41,085 nucleotides of DNA. It comes from an uncultured Phycisphaeraceae bacterium. GTDB taxonomy: Bacteria; Planctomycetota; Phycisphaerae; Phycisphaerales; UBA1924. Positions 1 through 8,021 of this stretch are shown piece by piece. Every line of letters begins with the position of its first letter. Positions within the stretch are counted from its first letter, which is position 1. The stretch lies in assembly GCA_964516725.1 (NCBI GenBank), contig CAZEZV010000001.1, positions 1 to 41,085 on the forward strand, given 5' to 3'. The notes under the pieces are model-generated. The model had not been told where the DNA came from. It ran no database searches and was given only the letters and a program-made list of their open reading frames with translations. The position numbers and the translations under genes are program-made.

Positions 1-146
1 GGGCCGATGCGGTCCTGGATGTACGCGGAGATCTTGCGTTCAAAGTAGACGAGGTACGCGCAGATCACGAGGATCAAGTGGACAACGAGCACGATCGTCG
101 CGACGTTGACCAAAAGTTGAGCCGTGAACCAAGAAGGCTTGTCCAT
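1..146 (-). CDS. nuoH: NADH-quinone oxidoreductase subunit H, N-terminal fragment running off the left edge
   Basis: Absent from the ORF track because it is open at the window edge. Minus-strand ATG at 146. The translation MDKPSWFTAQLLVNVATIVLVVHLILVICAYLVYFERKISAYIQDRIGP matches the conserved NuoH/ND1 N-terminus: a TM helix followed by the ERK...Q-R-GP motif. Confidence 0.7.
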   Translation of the reverse strand, partial: MDKPSWFTAQLLVNVATIVLVVHLILVICAYLVYFERKISAYIQDRIG

Positions 147-302
147 AGGGGCGCAAGGATACGCTGGGAGAAGAAAGCGGAAAACGAAAAGCGAACAGCG
201 AAAATGAGCCGTGCTCGAGACGCTTCTTGCGCTGAGCGGGAGGAGGTTGGGCAAGCTGTCACGAGGGCGCGGGTTCGATTCATTGCGCGCTCGTACTGTT
301 GT

Positions 303-460
303 TTTGAACGCAGAGGAAAACAGAGAAGAAAAAGATCGGAATACAGAGGGGAATGTTGGGTGGTTGACTAGGCGGTCACACGTTTTTCTGATCTCCGTTC
401 TCTTCTCTGGACTCTCTCTGTTTCTCTCTTTCTTCCCCTCTGTTTTCCTCTGCGTTCAAA
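303..460. repeat. Family A long hairpin repeat, copy 1 (GA-rich left arm, CT-rich right arm)
   Basis: Perfect 23-bp inverted repeat: tttgaacgcagaggaaaacagag at 303-325 and ctctgttttcctctgcgttcaaa at 438-460. The interior continues as a purine-rich versus pyrimidine-rich imperfect stem. Intergenic between nuoH and ggt. Confidence 0.8.
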
Positions 461-491
461 TTGCCTTTCGTCCCGCCCTTCGCCGCCGACC

Positions 492-2195
492 ATGCCAAAT
501 TTTCCTTCCGCCGCTGTTGCCGCTGACCACGCTCTTGCTTCTGAAGCGGGTGTAGAAGCGCTGCGTCTTGGCGGCAACGCGGTGGACGCGGCGGTTGCGA
601 CGAGCTTTGCGTTGTCTGTGGTTCGGCCGTACTCCTGCGGCATTGGCGGCGGCGGGTTCATGATGATTCAGGGTCCTTGCACGAAAAGCGATTCTGCGAT
701 TGTGCTGGACTATCGCGAGACGGCGCCGGCGGTGGTCACGCAAGACTACTTTGAGCACAACGAAGACCCGCACGCGAGCACGCGGAGCGGGAAGGCGGTG
801 GGTGTGCCGGGGACCGTGGCGGGGTTGCTTGAGGCGCTGGAGCGATTTGGGACGCTGCCGCGTGAGAAGGTGCTGGCGCCGGCGATTCGGATCGCTCGCG
901 CGGGGTTTGCGATTGACCAGCATTATGTCACGAGTGCAAAGGACATGATCGCGTGGTTCAGAGCGGACGGTAATGACGCCGGGCAGTTTGAATCTCGCAA
1001 ACAGCGATTTGCGTTCACTTGGCAGCGGTTTTTGTTTGATGGCAGGCCCAACGTAGGCGATGTTTTGAAACTGCCAGAGCAAGCCGATGTGCTTGAGGCA
1101 ATCGCCAAGCACGGGAAAGATGCGTTTTACTCGGGGCCAATCGCGCGGGCGATCATTGATGCTGTCCACAACGACGGCGGCGAGATGACGCTGGATGATC
1201 TCGCGTCGTTTTCGCCCAAGACCCGCGCCCCGTTTGTGACTCGTTTCCGCCAGTACAACGTGGTGTCGATGCCGCCGCCCAGCAGTGGCGGGATTGTGCT
1301 CGCTCAGATCCTGGCGATGCTTGAAACGCGCGCGATGGACTTGCAGAACGCAGTCGCGAAGGGGCACAACTCGGCGGACTATGTGCATCTTGTCGTGGAA
1401 TGCCTGAAGCACGCGTTCGCGGATCGGGCGAGATGGCTGGGGGATGCGGACTTTGTGGATGTGCCGTTTGAGACGATGCTTGATCCGGTGAGACTCGAAG
1501 CCGCGGCGAAGAAGATCAGCCTTGCGTGTACGCAGTCACAGGACTTCTATGGCATCGCGCCTGCGCTCAAGGATGGCGGCGGAACTTCACACCTGAGCGT
1601 GGTTGATGACAAGGGCAACGCGGTGGCGTGTACTGAGACGATCAACCTGGAGTTTGGGTCGTATGTGTCATCGACCCAACTTGGGTTCTGCCTCAACGAC
1701 ACCATCGACGACTTTGCGGTGCGTGCGGGGAAGCCGAACGCGTTTGGGTTGATTCAAGACGCGAGGAATGCACCGGCACCGGGGAAAAGGCCGCTCAGCG
1801 CGATGACGCCGACGATTGTGGTACGCCGTCCCTCCGGGAAGGGCGATGCAAATCCGGCCGTCCCGGAGGGACGGCCCAGCAAAATCATCGCTGGCGGTTC
1901 AGGCGGACCTCGCATCATCACGGCAACGCTGCAAACAATTCTCAACGTCGTCCTTTTCGATATGACCAGTGAAGAGGCGCTGACCGCTCCGCGATTTCAT
2001 CATCAGTGGAGCCCGCACACTCTGCAACTCGAAGACGCGTTGCTTGAGTCGCCGCTGACGACGGCGCTGCGTGCGAAGGAGCACGATGTGTCCAAGCGCA
2101 ATCCGATTGGGACTGTGCAACTGATTCAGCGGCGTGACGATCATTGGAACGCGGCAAGTGATCCGCGCAAGGGTGGAGTGCCGGCGGGACTTTGA
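492..2195 (+). CDS. ggt: gamma-glutamyltransferase family protein (no obvious signal peptide)
   Basis: 567-aa ORF starting at ATG 492. GGT hallmarks are present: GGGGFMMI, the autoprocessing region GGGTSHLSVVDDKGNAVACTETINLEFGS, and SGGPRIITATLQ. Confidence 0.95.
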   Translation: MPNFPSAAVAADHALASEAGVEALRLGGNAVDAAVATSFALSVVRPYSCGIGGGGFMMIQGPCTKSDSAIVLDYRETAPAVVTQDYFEHNEDPHASTRSGKAVGVPGTVAGLLEALERFGTLPREKVLAPAIRIARAGFAIDQHYVTSAKDMIAWFRADGNDAGQFESRKQRFAFTWQRFLFDGRPNVGDVLKLPEQADVLEAIAKHGKDAFYSGPIARAIIDAVHNDGGEMTLDDLASFSPKTRAPFVTRFRQYNVVSMPPPSSGGIVLAQILAMLETRAMDLQNAVAKGHNSADYVHLVVECLKHAFADRARWLGDADFVDVPFETMLDPVRLEAAAKKISLACTQSQDFYGIAPALKDGGGTSHLSVVDDKGNAVACTETINLEFGSYVSSTQLGFCLNDTIDDFAVRAGKPNAFGLIQDARNAPAPGKRPLSAMTPTIVVRRPSGKGDANPAVPEGRPSKIIAGGSGGPRIITATLQTILNVVLFDMTSEEALTAPRFHHQWSPHTLQLEDALLESPLTTALRAKEHDVSKRNPIGTVQLIQRRDDHWNAASDPRKGGVPAGL

Positions 2196-2326
2196 TGCGC
2201 CGTGTCACCGACTGCTGCTTTGAGCGATCGGTGATAGACCTCGGGGATCGTTCTGGTTGTGTGCAGAATGTTGGAACGACGTAGCGTTCGACGAACAGAT
2301 GGGTCTGTTACGCATTGTGCAACTCC

Positions 2327-2354
2327 GCACCGACTGCTGAAAGCAGCAGTCGGT
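2327..2354. terminator. 12-bp perfect stem-loop between the convergent ggt and flgM-like genes (possible bidirectional terminator)
   Basis: caccgactgctg-aaag-cagcagtcggtg. It lies 28 nt past the minus-strand gene end at 2382 and about 130 nt past the ggt stop. There is no clear U-tract on either side. Confidence 0.45.
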
Positions 2355-2381
2355 GGCACGACATTCTTGTGAACAATCGAA

Positions 2382-2738
2382 TCAAGCCTCTACATCGATT
2401 GCGCGACCGCTGAACACGCCGGTGGCCGCGGCGTTCTTGTCGGCGGGGTGTTTGTACAGCGGGATCGACGTGGTTTGCGTTGGCGAGGCGCTGTTGGTGA
2501 AATCAACCTTGCCGGGCACAGTTGCGGCGACGAGTTTGCTCACGACGCGGGCGCGGGCAGCGCTTGTTTGTGAGACACCTTGAAGCTGCGCGGTGTCCTG
2601 CACAGTGCGACCGCTTTGAACACCATTCGTTGATTGTGTTGGCTGCGTTTGCCTGACGCCCGGCATCGCCTCAAACGCGCGGAGCGCGGCGGCTTGTCTC
2701 ATGCGTGCAACAGAAGATTGGAAGTTGATCGCGTCCAT
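2382..2738 (-). CDS. possible anti-sigma-28 factor FlgM-like protein
   Basis: 118-aa ORF that looks disordered and is Q/T/S-rich. The segment AARARVVSKLVAATVPGKVDF resembles the FlgM C-terminal helix pattern (..rV..lk.ai..G.y.VD). Flagellin and maf are in the same window. The assignment is weak. Confidence 0.4.
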   Translation of the reverse strand: MDAINFQSSVARMRQAAALRAFEAMPGVRQTQPTQSTNGVQSGRTVQDTAQLQGVSQTSAARARVVSKLVAATVPGKVDFTNSASPTQTTSIPLYKHPADKNAAATGVFSGRAIDVEA

Positions 2739-2952
2739 GCGTGGACATAATGTACCCGCATTGCTTCACTTTTCAAAGGCGATTGCTGGGTTATTCACAG
2801 ACTCACCCCGAGTTGTACACAGGTTGCAGGCCGCCAAGGTGCGAGAAGTGCGCTGCTGTTCGCAGAATACTCGGATACCAGACGCCGCAAGTGCTAGACG
2901 CGTTCGAGAGAAGAAATGCACAGATTTGTCTGCCGCACGTGGTGTCGTTCGT

Positions 2953-3270
2953 CTACCGCTGTGCAATCCACGCCTTGTGCTTCATGGTGCATACGTCGCA
3001 CACCCATCCCCAGTGATATTTTCTTCCAAGTACAGCACACCCACCGCAGCGACCTTGAGCGCTGTGCGGAAACGCGGCTGCTGCATCGAAATACTCGTCA
3101 CTCGGCAGGCCATACCAGATTCTGACTTTGTCCCACCTCATGGGAACGCGATGGACTTCGCACGACGGTAGATCGCCTGCGGGCGGTGCAACATAAGGCG
3201 TTGTCGTGCCGCACCCCATCACGGACACACACAACACGCCAATCAAAGTTCCGCGTAACCATCGAGTCAT
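2953..3270 (-). CDS. small lipoprotein with C-terminal CxxC-X12-CxxC motif
   Basis: Internal ATG at 3270 gives MTRWLRGTLIGVLCVSVMGCG, a signal peptide plus lipobox. The C-terminus reads CGGCAVLGRKYHWGWVCDVC. Confidence 0.55.
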   Translation of the reverse strand: MTRWLRGTLIGVLCVSVMGCGTTTPYVAPPAGDLPSCEVHRVPMRWDKVRIWYGLPSDEYFDAAAAFPHSAQGRCGGCAVLGRKYHWGWVCDVCTMKHKAWIAQR

Positions 3271-3348
3271 ATGCCACACTCCTGGCGATCTGAGACTTCT
3301 CTTGTCAGTTGAGTGTACAAGCATCTATCAGCGAGGCCCGCTGCTATC

Positions 3349-4245
3349 TCAGTTCGCAATCTCAACGATCCCCTGCCTGAGCAACACAAACAACACAATC
3401 GCGAGCACAATGCGATACCACCCAAACGGCGAAAGCCCATGCTTGTTCAGGAATCCCACGAGCCACTTCACGGCGATCGCGGCGCTGATGGCGGCGACGA
3501 TGATGCCGACGAGAACGGGCGCGACACCCAACACCTCAAACATGTTTGGCTCGCCAGTGTCGTGCGCGTGCTTCAGGTTTTTTGCGAGTTTGTACAGCGT
3601 CGCCGCGCCGAGCGTGGGCAACCCGAGCAGGAAACTGAACTCTGCGGCTTGCTTCGGTCGAAGGCCCGCGATCACGCCGCCCGCGATGGTCATCATGCTG
3701 CGGCTGGTGCCGGGCCACATCGCGAAGACCTGCATGCAGCCGATGAAGAATGCTTGCTTGAGAGTGACATCAAAGACGTCGGTGGTTTCGCTGGTGTGAA
3801 ACTTCGGGCTGGAGAGTCGGCCTGCACGCCAGCGGTCGAGGACGATCATAAAGACGCCGCCAACGACCAAGGCGGCGAGCACGGGGCCGGCGCTGAACAA
3901 CTTTGATTCGATCCAGTCATCCAGCAAAAGGCCGATCACAGCTGCGGGCAGGAACGCAACGAAGAGGTTGAGAAGCAGGGCACGCCCCTTCGCGTCTTTG
4001 CCCACGAGTCCCCTGAGCATGCGCACGACACTGGGCCAATAGAGCCCGAGCACGGCGAGGATCGCTCCACCTTGGATCACGATCATGAACGCGTCGACCG
4101 CCGCCTTTCGCTGCGGGTCGTCGAGCTTCATGAGCGAACTGGCGAGGATGAGGTGCCCCGTTGAGCTGACGGGCAGGTATTCGGTGATTCCCTCGACGAG
4201 TCCAAGGACCACGGCGTGCCAGATTTCGAGGGGGTGTGCGGGCAT
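3349..4245 (-). CDS. uppP: undecaprenyl-diphosphate phosphatase
   Basis: 298 aa, polytopic. BacA/UppP motifs GLVEGITEYLPVSSTGHLIL and PGTSRS are present. Confidence 0.95.
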   Translation of the reverse strand: MPAHPLEIWHAVVLGLVEGITEYLPVSSTGHLILASSLMKLDDPQRKAAVDAFMIVIQGGAILAVLGLYWPSVVRMLRGLVGKDAKGRALLLNLFVAFLPAAVIGLLLDDWIESKLFSAGPVLAALVVGGVFMIVLDRWRAGRLSSPKFHTSETTDVFDVTLKQAFFIGCMQVFAMWPGTSRSMMTIAGGVIAGLRPKQAAEFSFLLGLPTLGAATLYKLAKNLKHAHDTGEPNMFEVLGVAPVLVGIIVAAISAAIAVKWLVGFLNKHGLSPFGWYRIVLAIVLFVLLRQGIVEIAN

Positions 4246-4379
4246 CGGGGGGAGGGAAAGTGCGAGGGTGCGACAGAGCCGGTCGTGCGAGAGTGAGAAT
4301 GTATCGGCGATTTGTGGTGCGGGTCACTATCTGACGCTGCTCTCTACAGTGTGCATTGTCTGAAGCGCCTGTCACACTC

Positions 4380-5237
4380 ATGTCCCCCATTACCATCACC
4401 AATCTATCAGACCCGCGACTCGCACCATACGCCAATCTCAAGGACGCGGCACTGCGCCGGACGGAGTGGGATGGGTCGCACAATCTGTTCATCTGCGAGA
4501 GCGAACTGGTGGTTCGCGCGTTGCTGGCGTCGAAGTACGAGATTGCTTCCATCCTGTGTACGCCCGCGGCGCATGAGCATCTCGCGGACGCCATCAAGGC
4601 GGCCCGCTCGGGCGGTCCGAATGCGCCAGCGAAGCGATTCGACACGTTGGTTGCGAACGAGTCGCTCCTGCACACTGTCACGGGCTTCAACTTTCATCGA
4701 GGTGTGCTCGCGGCGGGTCTTCGAGGGTCGCAGCCCTCGCTGGCTCTCGCGCTCAAGACCGCGACGAGCATATTGATGCTCGAAGGCATCTCAAATCACG
4801 ACAACATCGGCGCGTTGTTCCGCAACGCGGCGGGTCTTGGAGGAGAGCGGCCACTGATCGTCGTGGGGCCGCAATGCTGCGATCCGCTGTATCGCAAGGC
4901 GATTCGCGTCTCGATCGGGCATGTACTGCATGTGGATTGGATCAAGGTTGAATCTTGGCAGCAAAGGGAAATGCAGAACGACGTTCTTGCCGCGGTTCGT
5001 GCGGCGGGATTCAGGATCGTCGCGCTGTCGCCGCGTGCGGATGCGGTTGCGCTTCAAGACGCCGCGGCGAAGAACGATGCGAGGCCCGCCTTGTTGCTTG
5101 GCGCGGAGGGACCGGGTCTTGCGGAAGACACCATGAACAGCGCGGATGTGATGGTGCGGATTCCGATGCGAGCGGGCGTGGATTCTCTGAACGTCGCGAC
5201 GTCCGCCGCGGTGGCGTTGTCGTGGTTGGTGAAGTAG
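4380..5237 (+). CDS. SpoU/TrmH-family RNA 2'-O-methyltransferase
   Basis: The track ORF starts at TTG 4356. The first ATG, at 4380, gives MSPITITNLSDPRL. SpoU motifs are present: LEGISNHDNIGALFRNAAGLG, LLLGAEGPGL and IPMRAGVDSLNVATSAAVAL. Confidence 0.9.
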   Translation: MSPITITNLSDPRLAPYANLKDAALRRTEWDGSHNLFICESELVVRALLASKYEIASILCTPAAHEHLADAIKAARSGGPNAPAKRFDTLVANESLLHTVTGFNFHRGVLAAGLRGSQPSLALALKTATSILMLEGISNHDNIGALFRNAAGLGGERPLIVVGPQCCDPLYRKAIRVSIGHVLHVDWIKVESWQQREMQNDVLAAVRAAGFRIVALSPRADAVALQDAAAKNDARPALLLGAEGPGLAEDTMNSADVMVRIPMRAGVDSLNVATSAAVALSWLVK

Positions 5238-5274
5238 CGCGAGTTCCAGATCAAACCCGTGCCACCAACGCTCG

Positions 5275-5442
5275 CTACTTCTTGCCCGGCGTCTTGCCGG
5301 AAATAGTGAGCGTGGTCTTCACGCCCTTGCGCTTGCGCCGAAGCGGGTTCCACTTTTCTGGCAGCACGGCACGCAGGATGTACAGCAGCCCGCACAGTGC
5401 TAGCGTTGAGACAACCCAGAATTGCCAGTCATGGAGAGGCAC
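5275..5442 (-). CDS. candidate 55-aa single-TM protein downstream of feoB (below the track's size cut-off)
   Basis: GTG start at 5442. Translation: (M)PLHDWQFWVVSTLALCGLLYILRAVLPEKWNPLRRKRKGVKTTLTISGKTPGKK, one hydrophobic helix followed by a basic tail. Third codon positions are GC-rich like the neighbouring genes. No clear RBS. Confidence 0.3.
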   Translation of the reverse strand: MPLHDWQFWVVSTLALCGLLYILRAVLPEKWNPLRRKRKGVKTTLTISGKTPGKK

Positions 5443-5503
5443 GTCAATGGAGGGTACACCTGGCTACCCCCACGCTCTGCGTGGGGTGGTCACCAAGGCT
5501 GCT

Positions 5504-7486
5504 TTACTTCATCACTTGATACACAATCAACGCCGCGACATACGCCAACCCGCACATCCACACCAATTGCAAGACGGCCCACTTCATGTGTCCCGCCTCT
5601 TTCGCGGTGACGGCGAGCGTCGGGAGACACTGCATCGCGAGGACGAAGTAGACGAGCAACGACCATGATGTCGCGGGCGTGAACATCGGCGTGATGCCAT
5701 CATCGCGAGTCGCGCTGCCGATGCGTTCGGCGACGCCCTCTGCTTCAATGTCTTCGCTGCCTGTCGTGATGATGGACATGGTGCTTGCGAAGACTTCGCG
5801 GGCGGCGAAGCTCGCGAGGACGCCGACTGTCAACTTCCAGTCGTAGCCGAGCGGCGAAAACACGGGCTGTGCAGTGCGGCCCAGTCGCCCCAGAAACGAA
5901 TTCGCTGTGGCGTTCGAGGCTTCGATGCCGTCGGCTTGTAATTCCAGTTCCGCCGCGGCGTTCTCGCGCGACACGGTATCTGATGATGACTTTGCTCGCA
6001 CTTCCGCCGCTGCCTGTCGCAGTTCCACTGCTTTCGCCGGCGTGTCTGTCTTTGGATACGAACTCAGCCACCACAGCACCACGCTGATCGCCAGAATCAT
6101 CGTTCCGGCTTTCTTGAGGAACGCCATTGCACGGTCCCCGGTCGCGAGCAGGGCTGTCTTAAGACTTGGCAACTTATACGTCGGCAACTCCATCGCCATC
6201 GCGCGGCTCTTGCCTCGCAAAATCGTCCTTCGGGCAATCAGCGATGAGAACAGCCCCGCCGCCGCACCGAAGGCGTAGCAACTCATGAATGCGAGTGCCT
6301 GCGAGCCGGGTTTGCCAGGGAAGAGGAGCGCGGTGAGCAAGACGTACACAGGAATTCGCGCCGAACAACTCATGAACGGCGCGACGAGGATTGCGGCGAG
6401 GCGTTCTTTGCGATCGGGGATGCCGCGCGTCGCCATCAAACCCGGAATCGCGCACGCGTGGCTTGAAAGCAGCGGCACGAAGGCGTTACCGGAAAGGCCG
6501 AAGGGGCGCAGGAAGCGATCCGCGAGGAACGCCGCGCGTGCGAGGTAGCCAGTGTCTTCCAACAGACAGATGATGAAGAACAGCAGGCAGATTTGTGGGA
6601 GGAACACGAGCGTGCCGCCGATGCCTGCGATCACGCCCTCCGCGAGAAAGTCGGAGATGATGCCCGCCGACAGCGACGTCTTGACGAGTGTTGTGAGTTT
6701 GCCGAAGATCGCTTCGATGAGGCCCATCGGGACTTCCGCCACACGGAAGATCGAGTAGAACAGCGCGAACATCACGAGCGTGAAGACGAGCAAGCCCAGC
6801 ACCGGGTGAGTCAAAACGCGATCGACGCGATCCGTCAATTGGTCTTCGCGAAGTCCGACGCGTGCGCCCTTCGCCGCGGCTTGGCGCGCGAGAGTGGTGA
6901 AGGTGTTGTGGGCCCATTCCTCAAGTCCTTCTTGCGAGCCGGGCGGCGTGACGTTGGGGACGCGAGCGACGTGCAGGTGATTGGCGATGGGCGTGATCCC
7001 CTCACGCTTGCGAGCGGAGCACGCGATCACGCTGCATCCCAGCAGTGACGACAAGGCACCCGCGTCAGGCTCCGCGCCGCGCTTGCGTGCCACGTCGATC
7101 ATGTTGAGCGCGACGACTGTGGGAAGTCGCCGCCGAAGCACCTCACCAACCAGCAGCAGATTGCGTTCGATGTTCGCGGCGTCGACAACAACGAGCACAG
7201 CGTCCGGAGCCGCGGCGACTTCGCCGGGCGGCGCCAGTGTGCCCGCGAGGACGCCGCGACAGATTTCGGCTTCGCTCTGCGCGAGTTCGAGTGAATAGGT
7301 GCCGGGGAGGTCGATCAGGTGAATGTCGCGCGAAGTGTCGCTGTTTGATTCCGCGCTCTCGACGCGGCCGATTCGCGCTTCTTGCGTCGTGCCGGGGAAG
7401 TTGCCCGTCTTGTGGCGCAAGCCGCACAGCGCGTTGAACAGAGTCGTCTTGCCTGTGTTGGGATTGCCTACCAGTGCCACGCGCAT
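5504..7486 (-). CDS. feoB: ferrous iron transporter FeoB
   Basis: The track start at 7492 is TTG. ATG 7486 is preceded by AGGAGG with a 9-nt spacer and gives MRVALVGNPNTGKTTLFNAL (G-protein P-loop). A polytopic permease domain follows. Confidence 0.95.
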   Translation of the reverse strand: MRVALVGNPNTGKTTLFNALCGLRHKTGNFPGTTQEARIGRVESAESNSDTSRDIHLIDLPGTYSLELAQSEAEICRGVLAGTLAPPGEVAAAPDAVLVVVDAANIERNLLLVGEVLRRRLPTVVALNMIDVARKRGAEPDAGALSSLLGCSVIACSARKREGITPIANHLHVARVPNVTPPGSQEGLEEWAHNTFTTLARQAAAKGARVGLREDQLTDRVDRVLTHPVLGLLVFTLVMFALFYSIFRVAEVPMGLIEAIFGKLTTLVKTSLSAGIISDFLAEGVIAGIGGTLVFLPQICLLFFIICLLEDTGYLARAAFLADRFLRPFGLSGNAFVPLLSSHACAIPGLMATRGIPDRKERLAAILVAPFMSCSARIPVYVLLTALLFPGKPGSQALAFMSCYAFGAAAGLFSSLIARRTILRGKSRAMAMELPTYKLPSLKTALLATGDRAMAFLKKAGTMILAISVVLWWLSSYPKTDTPAKAVELRQAAAEVRAKSSSDTVSRENAAAELELQADGIEASNATANSFLGRLGRTAQPVFSPLGYDWKLTVGVLASFAAREVFASTMSIITTGSEDIEAEGVAERIGSATRDDGITPMFTPATSWSLLVYFVLAMQCLPTLAVTAKEAGHMKWAVLQLVWMCGLAYVAALIVYQVMK

Positions 7487-7510
7487 CTTCAATCGCCTCC
7501 TGCGTCGCGC

Positions 7511-7894
7511 CTACGCCACGTCGGACACCATCACGCGCTCGGCCAGTTCCTTCGCGAGCCCGATGCGACAACTGCCCAAGCCGCAGCACTCGCGCCCGCC
7601 GCTGAGCACTTCAATGATGCACGGATGCCCGAGCCGGCACACACGCACGAGCGCGGCGGGGCGGACGCCCATTGCACGGAGGTACGCCGCGTCGCTGGCG
7701 TCGAGCGTCCCGCCCCGAACGATGGCTGTTTGCCCTGGCTTGAGTTTTGACAGCGGCGTAGCTTGCACCGCGGCTTCCACGGGTTGCAGCGCGGTCATGG
7801 CATCTTTGCCAAGCGCCTGTGCGGCTTGTTTCTCCAAGGCGCAGCCGGAGTCCTTGGAAACCAATCCGGAATCTTGACAAGGACATCCGCTCAT
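7511..7894 (-). CDS. feoA: FeoA-domain protein with Cys-rich N-terminal extension and insertion
   Basis: The FeoA SH3-like core reads LSKLKPGQTAIVRGG...AYLRAMGVRPAALVRV...RIGLAKELAERVMV. The stop lies 25 nt upstream of the feoB ATG. Extra cysteines occur as MSGCPCQ...GCALE and GGRECCGLGSC. The true start could instead be an internal Met. Confidence 0.85.
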   Translation of the reverse strand: MSGCPCQDSGLVSKDSGCALEKQAAQALGKDAMTALQPVEAAVQATPLSKLKPGQTAIVRGGTLDASDAAYLRAMGVRPAALVRVCRLGHPCIIEVLSGGRECCGLGSCRIGLAKELAERVMVSDVA

Positions 7895-7910
7895 TGAGGT
7901 AGTTTAGGCG

Positions 7911-7931
7911 AATTGAGACTGGGTCTCAATT
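7911..7931. promoter_or_regulatory. perfect 9-3-9 palindrome upstream of feoA (candidate metalloregulator operator)
   Basis: aattgagac-tgg-gtctcaatt, 17-37 nt upstream of the feoA ATG at 7894. The layout resembles Fur, DtxR or Irr-type dyad operators, but the sequence matches none of the consensus boxes I know. Confidence 0.4.
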
Positions 7932-8016
7932 GGGCATGGGGATTAGGCATTGGGCATTAGTGAGAATGTCCGAGATGACTGTTTTGCCAATGCCTGATGC
8001 CCAATGCCTAATGCCT
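7931..8016. repeat. mirrored heptad-repeat arrays forming a 16-bp perfect inverted repeat
   Basis: Four ATGCC units at exact 7-nt spacing (7990, 7997, 8004, 8011) face GGCAT units at 7933, 7946 and 7953. attaggcattgggcat (7942-7957) is the exact reverse complement of 7997-8012. It sits directly after the corC stop and could act as its terminator hairpin. Confidence 0.7.
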
Positions 8017-8021
8017 GCTTC

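Noticed and set aside
262-290. tRNA-like T-loop string GGTTCGATTC
   Set aside because: The flanking bases do not form a 5-bp T-stem, and no acceptor, D or anticodon arms can be drawn. Not a tRNA. I recognised no tRNA gene elsewhere in the window, although a by-eye scan is not exhaustive.
456-1412. 318-aa minus-strand ORF
   Set aside because: Antisense to ggt, with an Arg/His/Pro-rich translation and no recognisable domain. Shadow ORF.
7931-8016. Possible CRISPR array (short regular repeats); the Family A-C repeats were considered too
   Set aside because: The units here are 7 bp and the other families are palindromic pairs. There is no series of 25-40-bp direct repeats separated by unique spacers of similar size, and no cas genes.
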